Below, piece by piece: positions 30,819-45,284 of a DNA stretch of 64,000 nt. Positions within the stretch are counted from its first letter, which is position 1. Each line of letters starts with the position of its first letter. The notes under the pieces were generated by a model. The model was not told the DNA's origin and did not search any database. It saw only the letters and a list, made by a program, of their open reading frames with translations. The translations under genes and the position numbers were made by a program. This DNA is from the human T2T-CHM13v2.0 reference genome, Homo sapiens, in NCBI RefSeq assembly GCF_009914755.1, contig NC_060927.1, one strand, 5' to 3'.

Positions 30819-31193
30819 TGTCTTAATCTGCTGCTATAACAGAATACATGAGACTGGGTAACTTATAAAGAAAATAAATGTACTCGGCTCATGGTTCTGG
30901 AGGCTGAGAAGTCCAAGATCAAGGGGCCTTATCTGATGAGGGCCTTCTTGCTGTGTCATCCCATGGCAGATGGGCAAAGAGAGGGTGAGAGAGAAGGGGC
31001 CAAACTCATCCTTTGATCAGGAGCTTACTCCCACAATAATTAACCCACTCCCATGAAAATGACATTAATTTATTCACAAAGGCAGAGCCCTCATGACCTA
31101 ATCACCTCTTAGTGGTCTCACCTCTCAGCACTGTTACATTAGGGATTAAATTTCCAACACATGAATTTTGGGGGACACATTCAAACCATAGTA
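30819..31193 (-). mobile_element. MST (MSTD-like) MaLR solo LTR
   Basis: GGTTCTGGAGGCTGAGAAGTCCAAGATCAAGG...GCAGAGCCCTCATGACCTAATCACCTCTTA...GGGGACACATTCAAACCATAG. Confidence 0.9.
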
Positions 31194-34100
31194 ATATCAG
31201 AAAAAATGGCCATAGTTTCCAACAAAGTTATCTGACATTATTTTGGTAAAAGTTTTCTGGCTCAGAGCGATTGTTTTTTCCATTGAGTAAAATTTCAGTG
31301 ACACTCTATTTGCATAAAATTATTCATAAATACCATCTGTTTATCAATTAAAATGAAAAATACTGTTGTTACTAGATTAGAGTATTTGATTTTGATAAGA
31401 CATGTAATGTATACACTGTCTAGAGGCTAGGAATATATCTATGTGATTTCTGCACTCAGAAATCAGGGCCATAATAAAGAAGATCACCTTGGCAAGCTCC
31501 ACAGTATGGTTTTTATTAGTATTTCCTATGTTTGTGGTATAGAAGGAAAATACATCTATGCCTACAAATCGAATCTCATTGACCTAAAATATTGCTTGCT
31601 TATTAAAAAGTCCAAATTAAAACAAAACAAATTGAATTTACAGACAATTTTCTCAGTCATAGATTGATTCTGCCTTATTTTTCTTATTTGATGTGTGTTT
31701 TAACAAACCATTTAAAATTCCTAACACTATTAAGATGTCTTTTTACGTGCCTGTGACATTACCTGGGAGAATTCAGCTACATGAACATGAAGCTCTAATA
31801 TTTTATAATTCAAGAATCCAAAAACAATTTTTTTCCTAAAAACAACCAAAAAGGGCATATTTTAAGAATAAATAAATAAAAATATCAGTGCATCATTGGG
31901 ATATTTTATGTTAAAGCTAGCCATGGCAGATCTTTCTGTGATGTTAATAATTGGTTTCTGATATATCTTGTGTGTGTGTGTGTGTTTTTTTAACTCATTT
32001 TCTTGTATCTAAAATAAACTTATTTAAGACACAAATGTCCTGCTTAAGCTTAGGCACTTTGGGTGTTTTGAGTCAAACGTTGCATTATCAAATATTATTT
32101 CTCTACATCTCTGATAGTTCAATATATTTTTAAAATTACCTTCCTTGTCTCAGAGAGAAAACTCTTTCTCCTTACATTCCAACAATTGTTCTGTGAAAGC
32201 TCAGTGTTCACTGGAGACAGGATAAGGGTTTCTGATAGATCGACCTGGCTTGTACCCAGCACTGCAGGCTCTTGCCTGCACTGCTGGGACCTAGGGCTGG
32301 TAGAGCTGTAACTGCACAGAGAAGACTGCCTGCTTCTTATAGGTTGGTTGTCGCTGTCTGGAAGAGTTTAGCGCTGCTCTGCATCTTCTGCCTCACCTGA
32401 AATCCTACGTGTATCCTATGCCGTTCCTATGAAACCAGTTTAGAACACCAAACATACCACCCACAGTTTAACCCTTTTTGGCACTCTTAGAAGCCCAAGC
32501 ACAGAGTTCGGAGAAATGTGAGCACCTGTATGAAGAGAAGATGGGTACAAAGGAATGAGTGGGGGTTCCTCTTCACCATCCCTAAAACTGTGGCAGTATT
32601 TAGCAGCATCATTGATGAGGCTGGTCTCAGAACTGTGCAAACATCTGCCCTGCCTGGCCTCTCAATGAAAAAGCTTCTACCTCTTAACAGGTATTTCCAC
32701 CAACTCGCTGGCCACCTCCCTGTTACAGGTTAGTAAACTGATCAAGCCTTTTATTTGAAAACATGAGGAGACACCTCCTTAGTTAAATAATAAAGAAAAG
32801 TCAAGATACCAAACACATGCCGAGGAATGAAATAGCTACATCAGCATAACAGATTCTGAGGCAGCATTAGATTCTTTCTGGGCATGTACGCAGTTTCAAT
32901 TGAGTGTTCATTTTCCCTGCCACTCAATTTTCCATCCTGAGTTAAATGTCTAAAGGTAGAAGACAGACAAAGATGATTTCCCAAGGTTGCTTCCAGCTTC
33001 TAGATCTTGGTGCCTAGAGTTTAAATTATTTTGTTCTTAAAGTGGAACAGCTTATTTCTAAAACATTAAATGTATGATACAGCAGAAGAGTTAATAGTCC
33101 TTGAATTTATTACCTCCTTCCCCCTTTCAAGAAATATCTGACATTCTCTTCCAGAGCAGGGGTAATAACCTCATTCCTCTCAGGATCCACAGTGCTAGGC
33201 TTAAAGTGGGGGTCTAGCATATTCTGAACTGACTTGAAATCACACATTTGGATCACTTAATAGTTAAGTTCCTACAAACGTTTGGCATCCAAAGAGGGCC
33301 GAGGATACATCTTCGAAACAGATTATTTTTAAACTATGTGGATCTATGCATCCTGATGCAGATAGATCTCCAAGAGATCTTGAGGAAAAGAAAGTGTGGA
33401 ACAATACTTTCTTCATATGATTCAGATTATGTTGTTTAAAAGAGAAGCAACCCCAAACTATGTGTTTCTTTAGGTCTGTATCTCTGGATGCAGATGTATT
33501 AGAAAAACAGCAACAAAAGGAATGCTATCCAACGCACTGACGGCAGCCTCTAGGAGAGGATGGACTTGGAACTTCATCTGACCTTTGTATTTTTAACAAC
33601 CAAAACTTATTAATTCAGGACTTGCGTTCCTAAAAGTAAGCAAAACGAAAAAAGGAGGTATAACAAATTTCTTATCACCAAGAGAATTCAGAAAAAATCA
33701 GCAGATAGGTCAATGTTGCATAGTTTATGAAAGCAAGGTGGAAATGCATAAAATCAGAGTGCCGTGGAAAGGATAATGTTGGGGCATTTTTCAAATGCAT
33801 CTTGTTCGAATGTACTCTGAAAGGTGGTATAAATTAGCAGAAAGTCACCCTAATGCACAGCAAATGCAAAGGCAGAGAGGCATTTGAAGGAGTCACTTAT
33901 TTTAAAAACAAATCTTAAAGGAACACGTTTAAGCATAGAAGTTAACATAGATGTATAATTACACTGAAAAATAATTTTCATTTTTGAAATACATTTCCTT
34001 TTTGGAATTTAACAAACAGGTGAAAGAGATTTAGACTATAAAAGGAAAATTCGATTTAAGTTTTAAAAAGTTTGATGTTAATGGTTTTTGTGGGGATTTG

Positions 34101-35448
34101 AAAATTATCTAAAGATTTTGATGAAAATCTCTCCACATGAATATTTAACAAAACATCTACAAAGAGAAATTTTATGTTGGTTGAAAATGGAATTTTTCCA
34201 CCCACTCTATCAATATCTTTTTTCCTTATGATTTTGTTTAATTAGTATATTATTTTATTGTGAAACATTTCATGGCCAGTACAGAAAATCAGAAAGTACA
34301 AAAAGCAAAAAGGAAAAAATGAAAATATTCATAATTTAACCAGAAATATCTATCTTGGATTATGTCTTTGGCTAACCCTCTTATGCATATATGTATTCAT
34401 ATTAAAAATGATATTTTTCAAAAACAATGTTAACTTAATGTATTGGAACATTTTTCATGCTATTGATTATTAAATATTTTAAAACTTGGGGACAAGAAGG
34501 CATCTTGTTTATCAAAGTTTTCTAGTTGAAAATTCACTCAATAAAAATCATTTGTGATCTCAAATCACTCACTTCATTTGATCCTCCCAAAATCTGGTGA
34601 GGGAGGAGGTGCAGGCACAATTGCAGGGAATGGAGCCAGAACTGTTAACATTCCTGGTGAGACAGCAAAGTCAGAGAGTGTCCACGAACTCCCCAAGTTC
34701 ATACTCAGCTGGTGAGTAAAGGAGACGGGACCTGACCCCGGGCCTCCTAATAATAAATCCCAAATCCCACCTTCTGGACTATCACACTCACATGGCTTTC
34801 TCCCTTGTACCACTCAGGATTCTGCTCAAATGGAACCTCCTCAAAACCCCTTTCCTTTCTCATCTTGTTCCTTGCCGTCTCTGTGAGGACCATGACACTA
34901 AGTTGGTTTCCACCTGTAGCCTAGCACCAAGCACAGCATCCAGTATATAGTAAATGCTCAACAAAGGTTTGCTGATCGAACACCACACCATGGTGCCACT
35001 GGATCTCAACACGACCACAGTTTGGAGAGTTGTCAAAAGAGATGATGAACATAGGCTCTGACAAGCTAGCATATCTGTTTAGGTTAATCTGAGTAAACAG
35101 ACTGAATCAATGTACTGGTTGGATTAAATTAAGTTCATTATTTTCATCTCTGGGGAAAATCAATAAAACAAAAGAAGATTATGCGAAGCAGATAAAACAA
35201 CCATTATTGAACTAAAAACAAACCCCAAAATAACAGCAGTTGATTTTTTAAAAAAATTCTGTTTAGTGAAGAAGCAAAAAATTAATCAATACTTTTATAC
35301 TATCTAAATAACCAGATGATAGGATAGCCAGACTCTTGTCACTTCCTAATCAGCTATTTCTATGTGTATGATAGAAAATATTGGAGTACATCTTTGCAGT
35401 TTGTTTATTATTAGTTACTGTCCTTTTTAAGAATGGACCAATAGGAAA

Positions 35449-35463
35449 GCCCCCTAGTGGCCA
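35449..35463 (-). promoter_or_regulatory. Candidate CTCF binding site
   Basis: Minus strand reads TGGCCACTAGGGGGC, a near-perfect CTCF core, in unique AT-rich DNA. Confidence 0.7.
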
Positions 35464-35803
35464 GTTACCGATTACATCGCTTTTTGGTTGGCACATTGAA
35501 ATTTTTTAACTAAAAACAGTCCTGTACACGGCTGCATTTCTGTTTAAGCACTGTTTGTCAAAAGCACTTTTTTTAAGAAGCCAGCTTTTCTCACAAATGT
35601 CTAAAAGTTCTACATTTGAAACATTTAGTCTCTAAGAATTCTTTGTCTTTCTCATGTTTACAAGCATAAGTAGTTCCTATATAAAGCTAAAGGAGGGCAA
35701 AAACTGTATTTCTCTATCTTCTTGACTACTTGGTCTATTTTAAACGTTTTCTTTTTTCTAACTATTTTCCCCAGTAATATTCACCCAAAGAAATGTGCAG
35801 TCA

Positions 35804-36022
<219 letters not shown>

Positions 36023-38082
36023 TTACTACACATTTCATACTGAAATGTCTTTATTAATTATAAAGTTAGTCTCCAACTTAAGTTAGTCTCACTAGAATAG
36101 TAGTATAGTTTTAAGTTGATACATTTGAAAATAATTTATTTGAATAACTTCATTTTCAAAAATACATATATAATTTGAATACTGTTGGGGTAAATGTGAT
36201 GTCACCAGGAATTATAATACTGAAAGAAGTTAGTTCTCAAATCTTAAAAACAAAGCAACAAAATCTCAACTTACAGTTTTTGAAAATATAAGATATTTTT
36301 ATTTTGAAAAATAATGTCAAACTGTATATATTTTAAATATATTTAATATTTATTCTAAAACCCATTTTCTTAAAAGTGAAATGTAATATCTGAAGCCTTT
36401 CCTGTAATGATAATTATTGCTATCTGCATTGAGCAGAAACATTTTAATGATCCTTTTAAAGGATGCAGTAAAAACAAAACATGCAACCTTCAACCGATTC
36501 CACCTTTGTATAAAGTAACTCTTCTTTCGAGATTCACATTTCATCTGCAGACTGATACGATGCCATGGCATTTCAGGAAATGTAAATGCAAACGAAAGAC
36601 AGTGATGAAAAATGAACGACTGATGGGTTTTATTTTGTTATTCCAGTACTCTTCCTCCAGTTTATGCAGTTTATTTTCACTAAGCCTTGTTATCTCTTTT
36701 TGTGTATTGTACTCCTTTCAATAAATGAGTGGCTTTGATCGTTTTTCAAAAATGAAAACACATATAGGCCATGTGTACTCATATTTTTCTGAACCTGTAC
36801 AGAACTATGCAAAACAAAAAAGAACACATCTTTCTCTTTCCAAAACATGGCTGTGTTTCATTGCTAAATTTTTATACATCGTAATTTCTAGAGACCTCTT
36901 CTTAAATTGTCATTAGTAGAAGGTCATTCTGGCCATGTGAATTATTGTGAGATTTTTCATATACATAAAAAATAGAAAAAGGCTTCCCATTCAGGTATTT
37001 CAGTCGCTTTCCTAGTTTTGGTTGATATGATATACTTAACATTGGAGCCATTTAGAGATCACCTGTGACTCAGTTAAGGCAAGAATGAAAAACATTTCTT
37101 TAAAAGTTTCTTGAACTCAATTAAATGGTATCCCTACCTCCCCCTTCTCCCCTTGCCCTTTTGTAGGAGATGGCATGTTACTATGAAATATTACTGCCTT
37201 GCTTGGGCAACTTTATTTTGGGCTTTAGTTGTGGAGGAAGTGGAAAATTTTAAACATTTTAACCAAATGGATTAAAGAGATCATCTCTGTGCTTCCTTTG
37301 CGTGGGGTAAAAGGTCAGCTCTCACGCACTTCCAATCTCCTACTTTCCCCCAGCCAGTTGGCAGTCCCCATGCCATGCTGCATGTATGGACAACAAGCCT
37401 TGAGGTCTTTTCTGTTAGAACATATAATCGCCCCGAGTTAGAAGTGGAAAATGGAAGCCTCTGATCATATGCTCATAAAAGGCAATTTCAGTGTCAGAAC
37501 ACTGGACTGAATAAATATAGAAAGGATTTATTATGAAGTTCTGTAGTGATGTTGGCACCAGCAGCAAACTGCTGGGCAACATTCTATAGCCAAAATCCAG
37601 GAACAAGCACAAACATTGAACCACTGTGTTCTTAGTGACAATAAGGAGAGTGACTTTATGATTGGCTGGCATGGCCACAAAAGACACATGCTGGCATGTT
37701 TCAGGACATAAATGATAGACCTGCTGCTGGGAGTTTATAATTATTTAATCAAACCCAGACTGCAGGACCTGGAGACACATTGTTGTCCTCCCAAGAGTGG
37801 AAAAAGGACAGAACTAAAACATTGACAGGCTCCAGGGGGATGTGGAGGGGTCTGGGAGTGTGGAGGTGTGTGCTTTCCCTGGCCAGCCAGAGACCAGCAC
37901 AGGCCCAATAAAGGGTCACTTCCCTTGGGCTACCTCTCCCTTGCAGCCAGGGCTGGTAGGAGGTGAGTTACCAATCATCCTCTTGATGTGCTGATGGAAG
38001 TGGAATTAATTATGTTTCCTTTCATGGAATGAAACTTATGTCCTGCTCTGAACAGGACACCACTCATTTGATCCAACTCTTT

Positions 38083-38111
38083 CACACACACACACACACA
38101 CACACGCACAC
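38083..38111. repeat. (CA)n microsatellite
   Basis: Read directly. Confidence 0.95.
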
Positions 38112-40146
38112 TATTACAAAGGACTCCTGCCAGCCTCTTGCATTGTGTGTGCGTAGTTTTAAATTCTTGAAGACTAAAAAGCTCCACCCATTCAACCTTC
38201 ATCACTGCATTTGGAAAGTAAGATGATGGACATGCTGTGGTCACGAAACATCCTGTGGCACTGGCTGTTTAGAGACAAGGGTCTGGGATGCAACTGGACT
38301 TTGTGCTTCAAATCAGCCTGTAATTCCATCCCAGACTGATGGAAAAAGAAAGTTGGGGATGGGGATGGGATTGAGGCTTTCACAAGCAATGATAGTGCAT
38401 TTTGGTGGAAAGAGAAAAAATTACTAAATTAAATTAGCATTACATTTCATTCCTAGCCCCTAATAGATTTGGAAATTTAAATAGCGTAGTCTCTTGAATT
38501 TGGTTGTTTCATGTAAACTTTAAGTTTCTATTTTAATGCACCAAGAAATAGTGCATGAACTGATGATGTCATGAGGGCATGGATTTTTAAAAGGGATATT
38601 AAGTTAAAGCAAACTGGCATCAGAGAAAATGAATTCAATATCATCTTCATGTAACTAATCAAAGTATCAATTCTTTTATTTCTCTTTCTGTACAGAAATG
38701 CTTTAAAGAGTGGATACTACCAGCCAAGCAAACAGGAATTCCTCCCTATTTCTTTCTCTTTGCAATCCTACGTGTAATCTTCACACTTGGGATACCATAA
38801 AACATTTACAATTATCCAAATTGATATTTTTTCTCTAAATATGATTTTTTTTCATTAAGTAGCTATGAAAATTGTACAAGTGGCACATGGATACACTTTC
38901 ATTGTAAATAAAATGGTGAAAGAAGTGAGAGCCCCCTCATTGCCCCCACTTTGTGGTTCTACTCCCTAACCCCAGAGGTAGCCATCATAATAGATTGGGT
39001 GTGTAGATTTCTTCCCCCCATATGTTCGTTCTTTGAAAGGAACAAATTTCAAAAACAAAGTATGGAAAATATTTAACCTTCTGCCACGATTATTAGGTTT
39101 GATGTTTAAGAGGGAAAAATGCCCAAACACATAAAAGTGGAAAATCCCCAAACAATTTGGTAAGATATGCATTGTAGATTTCTTCATTCTGAGAAGTCCT
39201 CCAAAGGTTTGACAGACATACTTTTGAACATATGTAAAGACATCTCCACTTTTAGAAAATAAACTAAAAATGAGGTCGATTTTTTAAAAAATACAAAATC
39301 TTTTATCGGTTTCCAAAGGGGGGAAAAAGAATCAGAAGGAAAAAAATTAAACCATATTTCAACTACTCATGTATTATGTTCAACCAGTTTTGTCTTTTTT
39401 TTTTTTTTTGTCTGCAGTGCACTGGCATAATTCTCAAACAGCTTCAGGAGTTTGGGGATTTTTAACACAGTCTCTTGCCATGATATAAATGCACATTTAA
39501 AAAATTGTTGTTTGTTTTTAGCTGGCATTTTAACAGAATAATAATCTTCTTTTATTCCTTCTTTATATACCTTCAGTAATGCTAAAATAGTTTATATAGA
39601 ATCTATAATTAAACAAAGATGTGGGCTTACTTTATAGGTTGCAGTCAACATTCTAATTTTGTTTTATAAATGAATTAAGAGGAATTTAAGCTAGCAGAAG
39701 AGGTTGAGATGATGGTAATGAACAGTCTGCTTAAGTATAAAATGATCAAGCAAACACAGTAACGAAATTATCCAGAGCATCTTGAATCTTCCCTTTCATG
39801 CCCTATGAAGTTCCATGGGAATTTCCGTGCTCATGTTGCAAGCACCTCCCCTGACTAATAACTTATTGTTTACAGTTGCTAGCCTGTGCTGAATTTCTGT
39901 AAGGGCATTAATTATCAAGAATGCCATTTTCTATTGCCTGTCTGAGTAAGCTCAGAAATAGGACGACATTTTAAATACACCTTTAGGCTATACTCTGTCT
40001 TCACATGATGCTAAATTCAGAGAACAAAAGACAAACCAAACTAAAAAACCACCAAGCCATTTCCTTGGCACCACATAGTCAACTAACCCAGCCAAAGTAT
40101 TGAAGCCTCACGTTTTATTTGTTGTGTTTTTTTTTTTAAATGAGAT

Positions 40147-40148
<2 letters not shown>

Positions 40149-40181
<33 letters not shown>

Positions 40182-40188
40182 AGAGAGA
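40149..40188. repeat. (AG)n microsatellite
   Basis: (AG)14 plus short interrupted extension. Confidence 0.97.
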
Positions 40189-40407
40189 ACTCTGTAGCAA
40201 GAAGACACATGGTAATTCTACTTGAGAGGGTGCTGTAGGTGAAATGAAATACTCAGTCCTTGACCTTGAAGAATACATACGGTACGGCCTGGTACGGAAG
40301 ACTAGATAAACTGCATAAGATGAAAACATAATTCTGACCACAGTCAACAGAATGAGAGTCATACAGTAAAGTTCTAAAGAAACTTCATGGAAAGAACTAT
40401 TTCTATG

Positions 40408-40408
<1 letters not shown>

Positions 40409-40452
<44 letters not shown>
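40409..40452. repeat. (TG)22 microsatellite
   Basis: Read directly. Confidence 0.97.
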
Positions 40453-40454
<2 letters not shown>

Positions 40455-40674
40455 GTGCTGTCTGTCCATCTTTAACAGGAAAATGGAATTGAGTGATAGT
40501 TCAGTGATTTTCAACTCAGCCATTTTTCTTCTTTTAAAGAAAGGTTTCTCTAAATATTAACAGCTTCATTAAATGCATTCCTTCAATAAGCATTTCTTCA
40601 ACAATTGTAATGTTCCAGCAATATACTGGTGAGAGAGTTAACAATAATCAATAGGACAGGGACAGTTTGAAGGA

Positions 40675-40761
40675 CATTTGATAGAAAAGGAATCTGAGGC
40701 CCAGTAGAACATGTTCTGAGAATAATAATTTTAATCTGGAAATCTTCCTATGCATTGTCAG
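40675..40761 (+). repeat. 87-bp dispersed direct repeat, copy 1
   Basis: 85/87 identical to 45896-45982. Confidence 0.95.
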
Positions 40762-42013
40762 TGTTGAAGGGGAGTTTGGAAATAACAGGGCAGTACAGGG
40801 ATGCAGAGGGCTCACTCATCAGGTTTGGGAGGCAGAAGGTAACAGAGGGGGACACTCAAATGTGGCAGTAAGTGCAGGAATTCTTACAGGTGGACAGGAG
40901 TTATCAAGGGAAGGGATGAGAGGAGGAGCCAAGCTGGGGCACATTTAGAGGAATTCCAGTACTCACATCAATGGGAAATAATGTTTGACCAGTGTTATTG
41001 TTTTGTTTGCTTGCACAGTGTAAGTCGTACTTCTTTGTCCTTTTCTGGAAATCACGAATGTGAATGTCATTTGCAGCATGCATTCGTGCAGTGGATGGAA
41101 GTTCTCCAGGGACCAGGCTTTCTTCAAGGTAAATCGCTGCTATAACTCCAGGATAGACAACCACATCTGGCTCTGAATGGGTGTCAGTAAATATAAATGT
41201 GGAAGTTTATCCACTGAGTACAGTCAAAATGTGATTCCCTTTAGTTTGAATTCATTGTTGCTAAGTTTACTGAAGTAAAGGGAAAGAATTCTCTAGAATT
41301 TTCTATTCTGGTACCACACGAAGTAATTAAAACCCCTACTTGAGGGGAATGTCTGTTTTTGGCCTTGATCATGACATGTTGCCTAAAAGGAGTTTGGCTT
41401 CAGGACGAATTTCAGAGGCCACAGGCCAGTGAGTGTATCCAGTCCCGTTGGTGGCCCTGCCTTGGGTGGGTGAATACACCTGTGGAGCTATCAGTGGGTT
41501 CCTTAATATCACCGGGCTTTTCCTCAAATGGAGAGAGACTTGTTGGAAAAGATAAGAAATGTTTTTGTAAAATTCTCCTAAATGTGGCTCCTTTCTTTAT
41601 TAGAAATATAGTAGTTTCATTTCAAAGGAGAAAACTTTGTTGCCTATTCTTCAATGTTGAAGAGCTGAGGTGGCATTTATGGGTTCTATATCAATATTAT
41701 AAAGTTAAACATGAACACTGATCATCTTCTTTTAGCTTTAACCAACCAGTGCAGCTAATTGGCTGAACTAGACTTTGCACTGAGTTTCCTTTAAGTTAAA
41801 GGAGAGCTGGGTGAATCTTCCCAATAGAAGAACATCTCGGATTTCTCCCCAAACTCTGACCTACCTCACTGCTGGAGGCTTTTAAAAGAACAGACAAAAA
41901 TTTCAACTTTTACAGCACGAACTTCCTTTAGGGCTTCCAGTAAGACTGCTGTGCAATACCAGCCATAAAGGAGAGGGGGGAGGAAATTGGAAAATAAGGG
42001 CTAAGAAACTAGA

Positions 42014-42195
42014 TAGGGGATGGCAAGTAAATATCAACTCTGATTGATTAATGGTTGCTGCTAGGAGCACCGGGTTGGAAGGATCAGAAAGTTACATCTG
42101 GGGTCATTGGAAAGACCACCATGATTGATGATCATTGTCTGCCTTAGCTACAGAGCGGGATATAGGCCCGGATGCAATGACTTGCCGTCACCAAT
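42014..42195. mobile_element. MER117-like hAT-Charlie MITE
   Basis: AGGGGATGGCAAG...CAACTCTGATTGATT...ATGATTGAT...TGTCTGCC...CTTGCCGTC; inverted ends GATGGCAAG / CTTGCCGTC. Confidence 0.65.
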
Positions 42196-42436
42196 AGTTG
42201 ATAACATCCCTCTGACTCACGTGTCCTGTGAGTCTACATAGGCAAAATTTTCATTTAGAAATAATAGATACTTTTTCAAAGATATAAGGATATAAAAGAT
42301 TGCAGATTATAGAAAATTAGTGGCCTGGACCAAGCTCTTTCTTTAAGACTGCAGAGTCTACTGGGGAGGCCAATAACGCACATAACTAAATAGACTAGAA
42401 GACCAAATATAGGGGTCCAAAAGTGACTAATTCTCA

Positions 42437-43120
<684 letters not shown>

Positions 43121-43124
43121 GGCA

Positions 43125-43590
43125 TAGGGAAAATGTTCTGGAAAGGAGGGAATCAGACCTTGGCTTTAGAGGTAGAATAGTGGTCCAAAAGGCACAAGGG
43201 ACAGAATTCCCTGCAGCAGGAACCCAGATGAGCAAAGGCCCTGAGATGGAGACGGCCATGGGACATTTGGAGTCCTGGATTTGCTGAAGCAGCAGAAGAA
43301 AATAGTGAGTCTTAGAGGGAGGACGGAGGTGGAAGAGGGAGCTGCGAACATAGCCAGGACGTTAAGAACTACAAGAATTTGAATTTTATTCTCTAGGCAA
43401 TGGGGAGCCACGGAAATCTTTGAAGCAGAGGAGTGTCCTATTCAGAACTCTTCTATTAAATGATTATTGTGCAGCAGGGTGGAAGCTGGATTAACAGGAG
43501 AAACACTGGAGACAAGGAAATTCAATTTAAAGTCTACTGCAAGAGGTAAGGAGGGCTTGACCAAGGTCAGGGTCAGGGGCTCTAGAAAGA
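43125..43590 (-). mobile_element. L2 relic
   Basis: TTTGAATTTTATTCTCTAGGCAATGGGGAGCCACGGAAATCTTTGAAGCAGAGGAGTG. Confidence 0.65.
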
Positions 43591-45284
43591 GGAGGTTGGG
43601 CACATGCCCCTGTGGGAGGGGAAGCTGGGGCAGCAGTGGCAGCCATCTCTTGTGTTCCAGGCCAGCAAGGTCTCTCTCTCAGTCCCAGACCCACACTGTT
43701 CTTCAGTAGGGGGCAGGAGGGCAAGAGATCTTGCTCTGGGGGAATAGGTCAGCAGGCTTCTGTTCTGAGAAAAATATGCCGACCTTTATCTTTTTCCCAG
43801 CGCCTTGACACCAACATGACCCTGACCGACATTTTCCTTTTTCGTCATGGCTGTACTTTTCCATTTAAATAAGATGCAAGCCCATTTCCATGGGGATTCC
43901 AGGAAGTCTGGAAGGGTGAGTCATCTCCCGACTTGGGATGCAGCAGGCACATTATTGCTCTGTTTTCAATCCTAGAATCTGGAAGTTGGGGAGGATCTTA
44001 AATATCCCATCTGACTTCCCTTAGGCAAGAAAGGAAGGTATGCAAACAGACCATCAACAATGCCAATGGGCCTCTGATGGTGAGGAAGACACAGAGGTTT
44101 GATGTGGGGAGCGGGGGAATAAAACTTCATGCCCTATCCGTACTGCGGCTGTCCTTAAACCACAGCTACAACAAAGAAGCCCATGTTTATTATGCTGTAT
44201 TTGGGGAGGGAAGCAAATTGGCGCTGGATTGTCTCAGGCCAATAAAATATTAAATTGCTATAGAAATAATACCTTGTCACGAAAGGGATCCCCTTTCATG
44301 TTAATACTTGTGTATCAAATTAGGCTAATGCTATATTAGGCTGTTACAATACCGTGCTAATCCGGAGAGTGAATGAACTTAGATATGCATATTAGTATTT
44401 AGCTAAATTAATAAAACCCACAGCCAAATGCTCCACCAACTATGAGCCTGATGTTCCTAACATGGTTGTAATTTACTGCAAATGTCTCCTCCAAGTCAGT
44501 GTCCTCCTTAGGAATTTTTATTGTCATAGTCCCTCAGTGTCAGGTCTTCCTGCTATTGACTTAAATCATGGACATTTTAACCTATATTCAGATTCAAAAT
44601 TAAACACATTTTGTAGCATGCTCAAATGATTCTGATGTTGTACGAGGGAATGTCTTTATTCCTTTGAGACATCTGGAGCAGGCCACCAGTCCATGTGGCC
44701 GATCCCTTTCTTGCCCTGTCCAGATGTTCCGCCTTAAAGAGTGTTGCTATGTCTGAAGCACACCAGCGTGATTCAGGAGCTTAGTACGTGAAAAGAGTCA
44801 AAAGGGCTCTTTTCACAGTTCCGTTGTTCACTCCCCTTTCCCAAAGATCAGGGAGAGGCTCTGAGGAAGATAGAGTGACTGAGCCTGTCTCTCTGTCTCA
44901 CTGACAGATGTGGATATCCATCCAGGCTTTCTTTTCTAAGCCCTCTGCAATCCTTCCTGGGGTGGGGGTATTTGTAGTACAAGGACATTATTCTGAAATC
45001 TGTCAGTCTTCATGTTAAGTGGATTCTTACATGTTCACGCCTTGCTTATTTTAAAGTAAATTTATGTGTGGTCATAAGAGTGTTCTGAGACAGGGAGATT
45101 ACTCCCGGAGCCATTCACTCTCTCAGAACGAATGGAAAGGGGGGCAGTTTGGCTTGGCAGTTCCTGAGATGACAGAGTTCCTTGGGGGCATTAGCCAGCT
45201 GTCCTGGTAGATGAAGGGCCTGGGACTGGTTAGACCAATCCTAGTAGCTGCAGTCCTACAGAGGATTCACCTAGAACAGCTCTA

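Noticed and set aside
36545-36630. CTGA...GTGATGA...CTGA resembling box C/D snoRNA motifs
   Set aside because: C-to-D spacing is far too short, with no suitably placed upstream C box or terminal stem.
40200-40380. Short ORF MKYSVLDLEEYIRYGLVRKTR* between two microsatellites
   Set aside because: Only 21 codons, no recognisable homology and no clear splice context.
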